DNA of 40,094 nucleotides, from positions 1-40,094 of the forward strand of contig CAZFTH010000001.1 in the NCBI GenBank assembly GCA_964521745.1. Direction: 5' to 3'. The translations under genes were made by a program, and so were the position numbers. The DNA comes from an uncultured Peptostreptococcaceae bacterium (GTDB taxonomy: Bacteria; Bacillota; Clostridia; Peptostreptococcales; Filifactoraceae). Below the pieces are notes generated by a model. It was not told the origin of the DNA. It was given only the letters and a program-made list of their open reading frames with translations, and made no database searches. Below, in pieces: positions 1-9,257 of this stretch; position 1 is the first letter of the stretch; each line of letters starts with the position of its first letter.

Positions 1-357
1 TCACTAAAAATAATCGAATCAGCAATAACTGATATGATTTCAAACTATGATTCAAAGCCATCAGATATTCATTGTTTTATCTGGCCATCTATAGGATATG
101 ATGATTTTGAAGTGGATGAGGATGTAGCTAAAATATTTCGTAGTTCATTTAGTTTTGCTGATGAAGTAATCTCTAAAAAAGCTAACATATATCATATTGA
201 TTTAGTATCTATAATTCAAAGAGTTGCCCTTGATAACAACATCTTAAAAGAGCATATCTACCTGAGCAACCTATCTACTTTTTCTGATATGAGATTTCAT
301 TCCTACAGAAGAGATAAAGAAAACTCTGGCAGAATGGCTCTCCTTATGGAAATTTAG
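1..357 (+). CDS. pgeF: PgeF/YfiH laccase-domain protein, 3' part (frame open to window start)
   Basis: IWPSIG and C-terminal FHSYRRDKENSGRM motifs typical of YfiH/PgeF. Confidence 0.8.
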   Translation, partial: SLKIIESAITDMISNYDSKPSDIHCFIWPSIGYDDFEVDEDVAKIFRSSFSFADEVISKKANIYHIDLVSIIQRVALDNNILKEHIYLSNLSTFSDMRFHSYRRDKENSGRMALLMEI

Positions 358-358
358 C

Positions 359-517
359 TTATTCTTTGTCAGCTGGAACGACAGCCTTAATTTGCTCTAC
401 TACTTTCCAGGCATGCTCTAGATTATTTGATTTAATATAATCATCTAGTTGATTTTTTGTTTCAAAATCTAAAGCTACCATATCATCATCTTTTTCGTAC
501 TTTAACTTCCAAGGCAT
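359..517 (-). CDS. 52-aa hypothetical protein, not in ORF track
   Basis: Manual translation MPWKLKYEKDDDMVALDFETKNQLDDYIKSNNLEHAWKVVEQIKAVVPADKE; AAAGGAGAG RBS upstream; convergent with pgeF. Confidence 0.65.
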   Translation of the reverse strand: MPWKLKYEKDDDMVALDFETKNQLDDYIKSNNLEHAWKVVEQIKAVVPADKE

Positions 518-635
518 AACATAACTCTCCTTTTGATATAATATTGATGCTATATATAGTTTAACACTTTTAAACTTTTATTCCTATACGATAAACTAAG
601 CATTTGTAATCTTAATTTTGTAATCTCTATGTAAA

Positions 636-664
636 TTGTAATTTTAAAGATTCTGTGTTAATAT
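636..664 (+). promoter_or_regulatory. putative sigma-A promoter of ssrA
   Basis: TTGTAA-17 bp-TAATAT with TG extension, upstream of the tmRNA 5' end. Confidence 0.4.
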
Positions 665-690
665 ATCATTAAGATACTACGTTTGTAGCC

Positions 691-1043
691 GGGGATGTAA
701 TGGTTTCGACGGGGTCTTGAAGGTACGGGTAGCGAGTCGTGTAACTCCTCTTTATCACGTAAAACTATGGGGAACTTAAATTAAACGCAAACGAAAATTA
801 CGCTTTAGCGGCTTAGTTGCTGCTCGTTTTCACCGAGATTCCTACGACTTGGATGAAAACGTCAGATAGTAGGGCACTGCTTTGTGGATATCTGGACATA
901 AAGTAGAATAATTCAGATGTAGCTGATAGGGAGCTTAGTTGTTGGGGCGCCAAGGAAGCGAAATTTAAATTCAACGACTACACTCGTAGAAGCTTTTATT
1001 GAATGGACTTCGGACAGGAGTTCGATTCTCCTCATCTCCACCA
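691..1043 (+). ncRNA. ssrA: tmRNA
   Basis: 5' GGGGATGTAATGGTTTCGAC; tag ORF 787-816 encoding ANENYALAA*; 3' T-arm GTTCGATTC and acceptor end TCTCCACCA. Confidence 0.97.
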
Positions 1044-1053
1044 ATTAATTTAT

Positions 1054-1249
1054 TCAAGATAGCGATTAATATTACTGATGTAAGTATGCTGTGGTAAGCA
1101 TATATGCCAAGACGGTGTTGTTATATAATGATACTTCTGTCTGGCTAACGTGATGTCAAGGGACAGCTTCCTGAGAACCAGGAAGAGATCTGTTATTTCG
1201 GACGATATTACGGGATACATCAATCAGTAATATTGGTCGCTATATTTGA
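1054..1249 (+). ncRNA. candidate multi-branched structured RNA of unknown family
   Basis: 21-bp closing stem 1059-1079/1223-1243 enclosing three stem-loops; non-canonical pairs are G-U on the + strand. Confidence 0.6.
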
Positions 1250-1253
1250 TTTA

Positions 1254-1292
1254 TGGATAATTACCAGTTATCGCCAATTATTTTTCTTTTTT
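1254..1292 (+). terminator. possible intrinsic terminator after the structured RNA
   Basis: Weak hairpin GATAATT/AGTTATC followed by a T-rich tract. Confidence 0.35.
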
Positions 1293-1372
1293 AAAAAATT
1301 TTTGTTATAAAAAAACAAAAGCGCTTTTTTGTGGTATCAATATAATAAAACTACAAACAGGGGTGTTTTTTA

Positions 1373-2356
1373 TTGAGAAAATTTATTTATGCTGTGGACT
1401 TCTTTGATTATTGGTTAAGGATTAAAAATGTAGAGTGTGCTGAAAGTACTGTATATGGTTATAAAAATATCCTATACAATCATTTCATCCCCTACTTTCA
1501 TAACGTAAAAATCAAAGATATTACATCAATTGATTTAGAGGAATATTTCGAGCATATACTGCACAAAAAATATAGAGGAAAAAATTTAACAAGACACACT
1601 GCCTCAAAACATTATGGATTGCTTAACCAAGCTTTTAAAAAAATGAAGCAACTGGATGTGATTAAAAAGAATCCTATGAAAAAAGTCATGAAGCCTGTAG
1701 ATGATAAGGTTATGGTATATTCCATCTATACGGCTGATAAAATTTTTAATCTTTTAGATATCCTTGATGGAATGAAAATTGATATTCCAGTTTGCCTTGC
1801 TGGCTTCTTAGGATTACGTCGTGGTGAAGTTGCAGGGTTAAAGTGGAAAAATGTATTTTTTGACCAAAGATATATTCAAATTAAAGATACAAAAACAGTA
1901 GTTGGTTGCAATATAATTCAAAAGGATTCTCCAAAGAGTAAATCCGCTGTAAGAAAAATATACCTTCCTGATTTTATTTTATTTAAATTAAAACGTGAAT
2001 ACATAAGACAGAAAGAAATAACTTTAAAAACAGGAGTAGAATTTGAGTATGTTATGCAGTGGGATTGTGGAAAAGAGTTTAGGCCAAATTATATTAGTAA
2101 CTGCCTAAAAGAGACTTTGGAGAAACACAGTCTCCCTCACATACGTTTCCATGATCTTAGACATTCATTTGCTAGTATTGCAAATGAAAATAGAGTGAGC
2201 TTACATGATATATCTTTAGCTCTTGGACATTCAGAAGAAAGAACAACATCAAAAATATATATCCATACTTTTGATGATTACAAAAAAAGTACTGTACTAG
2301 CTGTATATAAAAATATAATGCAGGAAAATTCTAAAAAACTTAATTCTGCTATTTAA
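1373..2356 (+). CDS. int: tyrosine integrase
   Basis: GLRRGEV (R), HDLRH (H-x-x-R), LGHS (H) and catalytic Y in KIYIH; N-terminal SAM-like core-binding domain. Confidence 0.95.
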   Translation: MRKFIYAVDFFDYWLRIKNVECAESTVYGYKNILYNHFIPYFHNVKIKDITSIDLEEYFEHILHKKYRGKNLTRHTASKHYGLLNQAFKKMKQLDVIKKNPMKKVMKPVDDKVMVYSIYTADKIFNLLDILDGMKIDIPVCLAGFLGLRRGEVAGLKWKNVFFDQRYIQIKDTKTVVGCNIIQKDSPKSKSAVRKIYLPDFILFKLKREYIRQKEITLKTGVEFEYVMQWDCGKEFRPNYISNCLKETLEKHSLPHIRFHDLRHSFASIANENRVSLHDISLALGHSEERTTSKIYIHTFDDYKKSTVLAVYKNIMQENSKKLNSAI

Positions 2357-2578
2357 TATTTTTCAAAAAAATAATAAATCACAAATCCATTTTTCCCAGA
2401 AATGAATTAGTGATTTATTACTTAGTACAAATAAATTTTCGGTACATTCATTATACCATAAAGTTTATTAAATTTGAAAAATATTTATTAAAACTTCATA
2501 CAATTAATTCTTTTAAAAGTGATACTCATTTGTGTATCACTTTTTTTAATTTCAAAATAAATTTTCGGAGGATAAAAT

Positions 2579-2719
2579 ATGAAAAATTTAATGAATATAT
2601 TAAAGACATTTCCAAACATTATTTATATAGATATCCCTAATTTAGAAAAAAATAAAAAAGAAAAAAACAAAATTTTGTTTTCCCCTATTTCTAAAAAAGG
2701 AGGAATCCAAAATGTTTAA
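2579..2719 (+). CDS. 46-aa ORF overlapping the repA start
   Basis: GGAGG RBS; MKNLMNILKTFPNIIYIDIPNLEKNKKEKNKILFSPISKKGGIQNV; overlaps repA by 8 nt. Confidence 0.5.
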   Translation: MKNLMNILKTFPNIIYIDIPNLEKNKKEKNKILFSPISKKGGIQNV

Positions 2720-3872
2720 CCAAAAGAAGTTTTCAGTAAATGATATATATCAAAATTCTTTCCATCAAATACCTACCTTTTTCTTTTTAGATGAATTTCC
2801 CAAAGTATGTGATAAAGCAATTATATTATATTCGATTTTGAAAAGTAGATATGAACTTTCAGTCAAAAATAGATGGTTTGATAAAGATGGAAATGTATAT
2901 CTAATTATGAAACGTGAACAAATGGAAAAAATTCTGCGCTGCTCTGATAAGACTATAACTAAATGCATTAATGAGCTAAAAGAATACAATTTATTAATTG
3001 AGGTTAGACAAGGAAAAGGACGTCCAAATTTAATATATCTAACTTATCCCGATATAAACAAAATAATAAAAGAAAATCAAGACGAGGATTTAATTGATTT
3101 TAAAGAATTAGATAATGTTGATGACTCTAATGAGATTATAGAAAATCTCTCTGAAAAGGACGATTCACATCAACCCCTTGCAAATACTATGAACCGTAAA
3201 AGTTACGATTCAACTCAAAGCATTGAAAACACTACAAAGTATAAAAATAGTAAATTATCAGAAAAACACGAAAAAAACCAATCAAAAAAATCACCCCTTG
3301 AAACCGTTGAAAACACTATGAACCGTAAAAACTCCGGTTCTAGACCCGTAAATATTACGACTCTTAATAGATATATAGATAATAATATAAATAAAATATA
3401 TAATCATTCCTTCATTCAAAAAGAATTAGACAAAGAACATGACAAAATAAAAAATACCGAAGGAATGAACGAAAGGAAATATAAAAATATTCAAAATCTC
3501 GAAAAAGAAATAATCAGTGATAAAACTAGAGATTTAAATGAGCATATAGTTAAAGACAATATTGACTATGAGCTTCTACTCGAAAAAAACGACTCCGATA
3601 TCGTAAACGATATTACTGAAATCCTTGTCGATACAGTATCTTCTACGAAAAGAGACTTCAGAATAAATGGTTGTAATACCTCTGCAAATCTAGTTAAATC
3701 TAGGTTTTTAAAGCTAAATCATATGCATATAGAATTTGTAATTGACTGCCTTTCAAGAAATACTACTGAAATTAGAGATATTAGATCTTATCTCATGACA
3801 ACTCTCTACAACGCTCCAAATTCAATGAATCTGTATTATAATTCAAAAACTAACCATGACTTAAATCATTAA
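2712..3872 (+). CDS. repA: RepA_N replication initiator with DUF6017-like C-terminus
   Basis: LSVKNRWFDKDGNVY and RQGKGRPNLIYL motifs; C-terminal VKSRFLKL...YLMTTLYNA. Confidence 0.88.
   Translation: MFNQKKFSVNDIYQNSFHQIPTFFFLDEFPKVCDKAIILYSILKSRYELSVKNRWFDKDGNVYLIMKREQMEKILRCSDKTITKCINELKEYNLLIEVRQGKGRPNLIYLTYPDINKIIKENQDEDLIDFKELDNVDDSNEIIENLSEKDDSHQPLANTMNRKSYDSTQSIENTTKYKNSKLSEKHEKNQSKKSPLETVENTMNRKNSGSRPVNITTLNRYIDNNINKIYNHSFIQKELDKEHDKIKNTEGMNERKYKNIQNLEKEIISDKTRDLNEHIVKDNIDYELLLEKNDSDIVNDITEILVDTVSSTKRDFRINGCNTSANLVKSRFLKLNHMHIEFVIDCLSRNTTEIRDIRSYLMTTLYNAPNSMNLYYNSKTNHDLNH
3173..3363. repeat. intragenic direct repeats, putative oriV iterons
   Basis: ACTATGAACCGTAAAA at 3186 and 3315, related CCGTAAA near 3346, TTGAAAACACTA at 3223 and 3307. 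Confidence 0.6.
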
Positions 3873-3951
3873 ATTAAGCTTATTGTTTTTAACATTTTGG
3901 CTGAAAGTAATCCAGTGTGTTAATTTTTTGTTTTAAGATACTTTTGATTCA

Positions 3952-3981
3952 TTGACATATTTTGGTATCATATTTTATAAA
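3952..3981 (+). promoter_or_regulatory. putative promoter of the conjugation operon
   Basis: TTGACA-18 bp-TATAAA upstream of pcfB. Confidence 0.45.
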
Positions 3982-4122
3982 AAATCTTATTAAAACTAAA
4001 AATAATGGCTTTTACGAATGTTTTGATTTTAAAGGAGATGCTAAAATGAGTTTCATCTGTAAAAAATGGATTCCACCATAACAACATTTAGTTAAAAATT
4101 TAATCTGAGAGAAGGTGAAAAT

Positions 4123-4890
4123 TTGAATCAAGAGGAAACACTAAAAGACGCTCTTAAAACAGTCGAAGATAGCTATAGAACTACGAGAAAGCTAGTTCAT
4201 CACACAGAAAAACCTATAAAAAAAGTCTATGGCTTAACTTTAAATGCAATTGATATTACTAGTGAATCCCTAATTAAGCTATTTGAAAAACTCTTAAATA
4301 AAGACATTCTATGGAAAACTAACGCTAAAAATCTCAAAATACTATATAAAAAAGGCATACCACTTTCGAGTAACGATTGTGATATCAAGAATTTGAAGTT
4401 ATTCCAAAAGATAATGAAAAACCATGAAGTTGATTATTCAATAAAAAAAGACTATTCAACACCGGGTAGGTTTAACCTTTTTTTCCTAGCTAGGGATGTT
4501 GAGCTTATAGAGAAAGCTCTAGAAAGATTTATTGTGGCAGAAAGACTTCAGACCAATGAAAAATCAGACTTTATCAAAGAACAAAGTATTGAACTGTCGG
4601 ATAATCTGGAAGAAGTGAAAAATAAAATGGATAAACTAGAAAATCAAATTGAAAACGATAAAAATCCTAAAGAAAAAACAAGGCATGAAGAAACATTGAA
4701 AATCTATCAAGAGCATTATAAAAAATTAAATAAAAACGACTTTAAAATAGCAGGAAAAATAGAACAAATCCCTAATTCAAAAGAGAAAGAAAGCACTATT
4801 TTGAAACTAGAAAAAGCCAAAGATAAAGCTAAAGAAGCTAATCTAAATAATGAGAAAGTAAAAGAAAAAAAGCAGGAGTTAAGTCTATGA
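4123..4890 (+). CDS. PcfB/DUF3801 family protein
   Basis: VDYSIKKD...FNLFFLARD motif; lies immediately before VirD4. Confidence 0.75.
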   Translation: MNQEETLKDALKTVEDSYRTTRKLVHHTEKPIKKVYGLTLNAIDITSESLIKLFEKLLNKDILWKTNAKNLKILYKKGIPLSSNDCDIKNLKLFQKIMKNHEVDYSIKKDYSTPGRFNLFFLARDVELIEKALERFIVAERLQTNEKSDFIKEQSIELSDNLEEVKNKMDKLENQIENDKNPKEKTRHEETLKIYQEHYKKLNKNDFKIAGKIEQIPNSKEKESTILKLEKAKDKAKEANLNNEKVKEKKQELSL

Positions 4891-6827
4891 CAACTTTTGA
4901 AAAGATTGGGAAAGAAGTTAAGGCTGATATTAATAATGCACTTTCCAGTATGGACAATAGAAAACTAATACTTATGTCTCTTCCCTACTTAATCATTTTC
5001 TATATTTCAAATAAAATTAGCTCACTTTCACAAAAAATCGGATTATTAAACACTCTTTTAAATTTCGAAGATGCCTTTTCTTCCCTTCTCCTTAGTTTTA
5101 ATTCCAAAGATTTATTAATTGGAATAACTACTACAGGAGTTTTTTTTATGATTATTTATCTCAGAAAACTAGATAAGAAAAAATTTAGGCAAGGAAAAGA
5201 ATATGGCTCTGCTAGATGGGGAACTCGAAAAGAGATACTTCCATATGTTGATGTTAAGCCACGAAATAATATAATTTTGACAGAAACAGAAGCACTAACA
5301 TTAAACCCCTATTCCCTCCCTGGAAAGCCCCATCACACAGCTAGAAATAAAAATGTTTTGGTAGTTGGTGGCTCTGGTTCTGGAAAGACTCGATTTTATG
5401 TCAAACCAAATATTATGCAAATGCATAGTTCGTATGTAGTTACAGACCCAAAAGGTACTGTCCTTCTCGAAGTTGGAAAAATGCTATCAAGAGGTAGGCC
5501 AAAATTTGATGAAAAAGGAAAAGTGCTACTAAAAAACAATAAACAAGTATATGAGCCTTATAAAATCAAAGTTCTAAATACTATAAACTTTAAAAAATCT
5601 ATGCATTACAACCCCTTCGCCTATCTTAAAAAAGAAAAAGACATCTTAAAACTCGTTAACACAATAATTTTAAATACAAAAGGAGAAGGCGAAAAATCTA
5701 GTGAAGATTTTTGGGTAAAGGCTGAACGACTTTTATATACTGCATTAATTGCTTATATCTTTTACGAATCTCCTGATGAGGAAAAGAACTTTAATACGTT
5801 AATTTCAATGATAGATGCTTCTGAGGTTCAAGAAGATAATGAAAGTTTTGTAAACGGAGTAGATATTTTATTTACAGAACTTGAAACCGGAAAAGATTAT
5901 ATAACAGGCGAAATCATAGGAGATCCTAAGCCTAATCACTTTGCCGTAAGACAATATAAAAAATATAAATTGGCAGCAGGGAAAACTGCAAAGTCTATAT
6001 TAATTTCTTGTGGAGCTAGACTTGCCCCTTTTGATATTGAGGAACTTAAAGAAATGCTATCAAAAGATGAATTAGAGCTAGATAAGATTGGCGATACTCT
6101 TACATCACTTTTTATAATAATTTCCGATACTGATACAACATTTAATTTTATAGTGGCCATGTTATACACTCAGCTTTTTAACCTTTTATGCGAAAAAGCT
6201 GATGACGAATATGGAGGAAAACTGCCCTATCATGTTCGTTGCCTTTTAGATGAATTTGCAAATATTGGCCAAATCCCAAATTTTGAGAAGTTAATTGCAA
6301 CCATGCGTTCCAGAGAAATATCAGCATCTGTTGTTCTTCAATCAAAGAGTCAACTTAAAGGTATATACAAAGACCACGCTGATACTATCGAAGGAAACTG
6401 TGACACCACATTATTTCTTGGCGGTAAAGAAAAATCTACCTTAAAGGACCTTGCCGAAATTCTTGGAAAAGAAACTATAGACCTTTATAACACTTCTCAA
6501 AATAGAGGCCAACAACAAAGCTATGGACTTAACTATCAAAAGGTTGGAAAAGAGCTTATGAGTCAAGATGAAATAGCAATACTGGATGGAGGAAAATGCA
6601 TTATGCAGCTAAGAGGTGTTAGGCCATTTCTTTCAAGAAAATATAATATTAAAAATCATGAAAATTATAAGCTACTTTCGGATTTTAATAAAGACAATGA
6701 ATTTGATGTAGAAAAATATATTAAATTAGAAAGGATAAAAGCTAAGAAAAATAATATTGCTAAAAAAGAATATGAAATTGGAGCTATTTCCACAAAGCAA
6801 TTTGAACTTTTTTTAAAAAGAATATAA
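4887..6827 (+). CDS. virD4: VirD4/TraG type IV coupling protein
   Basis: N-terminal TM segments, YGSARWG, Walker A GGSGSGKT, LLDEFANIG. Confidence 0.95.
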   Translation: MTTFEKIGKEVKADINNALSSMDNRKLILMSLPYLIIFYISNKISSLSQKIGLLNTLLNFEDAFSSLLLSFNSKDLLIGITTTGVFFMIIYLRKLDKKKFRQGKEYGSARWGTRKEILPYVDVKPRNNIILTETEALTLNPYSLPGKPHHTARNKNVLVVGGSGSGKTRFYVKPNIMQMHSSYVVTDPKGTVLLEVGKMLSRGRPKFDEKGKVLLKNNKQVYEPYKIKVLNTINFKKSMHYNPFAYLKKEKDILKLVNTIILNTKGEGEKSSEDFWVKAERLLYTALIAYIFYESPDEEKNFNTLISMIDASEVQEDNESFVNGVDILFTELETGKDYITGEIIGDPKPNHFAVRQYKKYKLAAGKTAKSILISCGARLAPFDIEELKEMLSKDELELDKIGDTLTSLFIIISDTDTTFNFIVAMLYTQLFNLLCEKADDEYGGKLPYHVRCLLDEFANIGQIPNFEKLIATMRSREISASVVLQSKSQLKGIYKDHADTIEGNCDTTLFLGGKEKSTLKDLAEILGKETIDLYNTSQNRGQQQSYGLNYQKVGKELMSQDEIAILDGGKCIMQLRGVRPFLSRKYNIKNHENYKLLSDFNKDNEFDVEKYIKLERIKAKKNNIAKKEYEIGAISTKQFELFLKRI

Positions 6828-6848
6828 AAAACAAAGGAGAGATTATTT

Positions 6849-7061
6849 ATGGAATTTTTTAACAGTGCAATAGAAGCATTAAAAACACTTGTAACAGCTC
6901 TTGGAGCAGGACTTGGAGTATGGGGAGTGGTAAACTTACTTGAAGGATATGGTGGAGATAACCCAGGAGCGAAATCTCAAGGTATAAAACAGCTTATGGC
7001 AGGCGGTGGAATAATACTTCTTGCACAACAAGTTATCCCTAATTTAGCAAACTTATTTTAG
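6849..7061 (+). CDS. Maff2-family VirB2-like pilin
   Basis: GAGLGVWGVVNLLEGYGGDNPGAKSQGIKQLMAGGG signature. Confidence 0.9.
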   Translation: MEFFNSAIEALKTLVTALGAGLGVWGVVNLLEGYGGDNPGAKSQGIKQLMAGGGIILLAQQVIPNLANLF

Positions 7062-7205
7062 TTTTACTTGTTCTATTTTCAAAGGTGAAGAAGTTCTAAC
7101 TAATCCATAAAAACTAAGAGCTTCTTCATAAATTGGCTAAATTTAAATTAATATCAAAATCAAAGATTTAAATTTTTTTAAAACTATCCAAAGGATGGTG
7201 AATAT

Positions 7206-8084
7206 ATGTGGGTAATAGATCAGATAATTGAATATATAAGAAAAATGCTCATAAGCTCTGTTATATCTAAGGTTGAAGGTATGTTTGATTATTTCAACGA
7301 AACTTTAGTAGATGTGTCTTCAAATGCTGGAGCATCTCCTATGTCTTGGAATTCTAATATTTATGGCTTGGTCAGAAATATATCCGACAACATTATACTT
7401 CCTATAGCCGCTTTAATAATAACTTTTATACTCTGCTATGAGCTTATACAAATGGTTAATGAAAAAAACAACATGCATGATATAGATACTTTTAATTTTT
7501 TTAAATATGTATTTAAAGCAGGAATAGCAGTGTACCTACTTTCTAATACGTTTAACTTCGTTATGGCATTCTTTGATGTAGGAGCTAGTTTAACAAATAG
7601 CACACTTGGAATAGTCACATCTAGCAATACATTATTAGAAATAGATTCAAGCACTTTTATAGAATCTTTAAATACGTTAGCAATACACGAATTGATAACA
7701 CTAATCCTATTAACATCAATATTTAAAGTCATATTTTGGATTTTATCAATGGGTATTTTTGTAATTCTTGCAATAAGAATGGTTGAAATATATTTCTATA
7801 TTTCACTAGCACCTGTTCCTTTTGCCACATTTGGAAATAAAGAATGGTCAAATATAGGTATTAACTATACAAAAGTAATTTTTGCTTATGCTTTACAAGG
7901 GGTATTAATTATTTTAGGATTTGGAATATACTCTCAGCTTGTCAAAACATTTCTTGAAGGAATTGGTGGCGGTGCGTTTGATTTCACAAAGAGCTTAGGA
8001 TTCCTTATTGGAATTTCTGTAGTTCTTTTAGTTTCTCTTATAAAATCAAATAGTGTTGCCAAATCTGTATTAAATGCTCATTAA
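7206..8084 (+). CDS. virB6: VirB6/TrbL-like conjugation membrane protein
   Basis: Polytopic; RMVEIYFYISLAPVPFAT; ends AKSVLNAH; expected gene order. Confidence 0.88.
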   Translation: MWVIDQIIEYIRKMLISSVISKVEGMFDYFNETLVDVSSNAGASPMSWNSNIYGLVRNISDNIILPIAALIITFILCYELIQMVNEKNNMHDIDTFNFFKYVFKAGIAVYLLSNTFNFVMAFFDVGASLTNSTLGIVTSSNTLLEIDSSTFIESLNTLAIHELITLILLTSIFKVIFWILSMGIFVILAIRMVEIYFYISLAPVPFATFGNKEWSNIGINYTKVIFAYALQGVLIILGFGIYSQLVKTFLEGIGGGAFDFTKSLGFLIGISVVLLVSLIKSNSVAKSVLNAH

Positions 8085-8087
8085 GTT

Positions 8088-8137
8088 TTGAACATTATAA
8101 CATTTTAGTGTTATAATGCTTTAAATTTAAAATGTTG
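8088..8137 (+). promoter_or_regulatory. promoter overlaid by 8-bp repeat array
   Basis: TTGAAC 8088 and TG-n-TATAAT 8112; units GAACATTA TAACATTT TAGTGTTA TAATGCTT. Confidence 0.6.
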
Positions 8138-8141
8138 TTGT

Positions 8142-8549
8142 ATGAAAGGAGCTGAATATACTATTCGTAAACATATTGATTTTTCAGAGAATGAAGAATT
8201 TAATTTAGGCTCTCATGAACTTAATGAACATGGAAATTTCACAAGTATTTCTATAAAACCAGTGACTGATGAAGAACTATCCTTTCATCTTGAGCAAGAA
8301 GCAAACGAAGAAAGCACTACATTCAATATGATAAATGAATTAAAAATTCTCTTTAGACATACAATATGGTTTCTAATTAAATTCGCTCTTGCATATATTA
8401 TAGGTATGATTGTTGTCTACATTGTGGCTGGAGGAATAAATCGTCAAACAACTAATGATTCATTATTATATATATACAGCCTTATCCCTACTGCTACGGT
8501 ATTTGGATTAGCTAATAAACACAAAAAGCGAGGTAATATAGATGAATAA
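8142..8549 (+). CDS. hypothetical membrane protein (acidic N-terminus, two C-terminal TM segments)
   Basis: ORF hydrophobicity pattern; no family recognised. Confidence 0.65.
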   Translation: MKGAEYTIRKHIDFSENEEFNLGSHELNEHGNFTSISIKPVTDEELSFHLEQEANEESTTFNMINELKILFRHTIWFLIKFALAYIIGMIVVYIVAGGINRQTTNDSLLYIYSLIPTATVFGLANKHKKRGNIDE

Positions 8550-8793
8550 TACCGGTTTAATATTTAGACTACTTATTCCTATTATAGTTCCATTTGCTAT
8601 TTTAATGGCTATTGTTAAAATATTTGATTTTTTATCTCCTTACCTTCCGTTTATCTTTGTAATAGTTTTCTTCATACCTACAGTTAAAGGATTTCAAATT
8701 CTTTACAAAAGAATACAGGAATTTGTATTTAGCATAATAAATTTTAGGAAAAAATATAAATCATACAAAGAATATAAAAAGAATTTCATATAA
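8542..8793 (+). CDS. hypothetical small membrane protein
   Basis: Two hydrophobic segments and a basic tail; GAGG RBS; overlaps previous ORF. Confidence 0.65.
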   Translation: MNNTGLIFRLLIPIIVPFAILMAIVKIFDFLSPYLPFIFVIVFFIPTVKGFQILYKRIQEFVFSIINFRKKYKSYKEYKKNFI

Positions 8794-8801
8794 ATATCCT
8801 T

Positions 8802-8827
8802 AGGCTGCTCAATGAGCAGCTTTTTTT
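8802..8827 (+). terminator. intrinsic terminator
   Basis: GCTGCTC-AAT-GAGCAGC followed by T7. Confidence 0.8.
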
Positions 8828-8846
8828 ATTGGAAAGGAGTTATTAA

Positions 8847-9257
8847 ATGGCATTTGTTCCGGTTCCTAAGGATTTAGCTAAGGTAAAAACAAAGATAGCA
8901 TTCAACCTAACTAGAAGACAGCTCATAAGCTTCTCATTAGGTGGAATTATAGGTTTTTTTATCTATATAAATGCAAAACAAATATTTCCAAATGACATTG
9001 CCCTTCTCATTATGATGGTTGGAGTTATGCCCTTCTTTTTCTTAGGTGTCTACGAAAGAGACGGTCTTAATTTTGAAAAGCTAATAAAATATTACTATGA
9101 AAGTAAAATAAGAAACCCTGAAGTAAGAATATATAAGAATATAAACTCTTATGAAGCTTTAGTGAAAGGAGCTGATAAACTTGCAAAACCTCCAAAATCA
9201 ACAGCAAAAAAAGCAAATTCAGAAGTTACAAAAAAGCAAAGAAGAATACCAGCATAG
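8847..9257 (+). CDS. prgI: PrgI family (VirB3-like) protein
   Basis: MAFVPVPKDLAKVKTKIAFNLTRRQL signature. Confidence 0.9.
   Translation: MAFVPVPKDLAKVKTKIAFNLTRRQLISFSLGGIIGFFIYINAKQIFPNDIALLIMMVGVMPFFFLGVYERDGLNFEKLIKYYYESKIRNPEVRIYKNINSYEALVKGADKLAKPPKSTAKKANSEVTKKQRRIPA

Noticed and set aside
1054-1249. Retron msr-msd or 6S RNA identity for the structure
   Set aside because: No reverse transcriptase in the window, and the fold is multi-branched rather than the 6S rod; kept as an unknown RNA
2410-2640. 76-aa ORF in the track
   Set aside because: No RBS, composition of AT-rich noise, and it overlaps the better supported ORF at 2579
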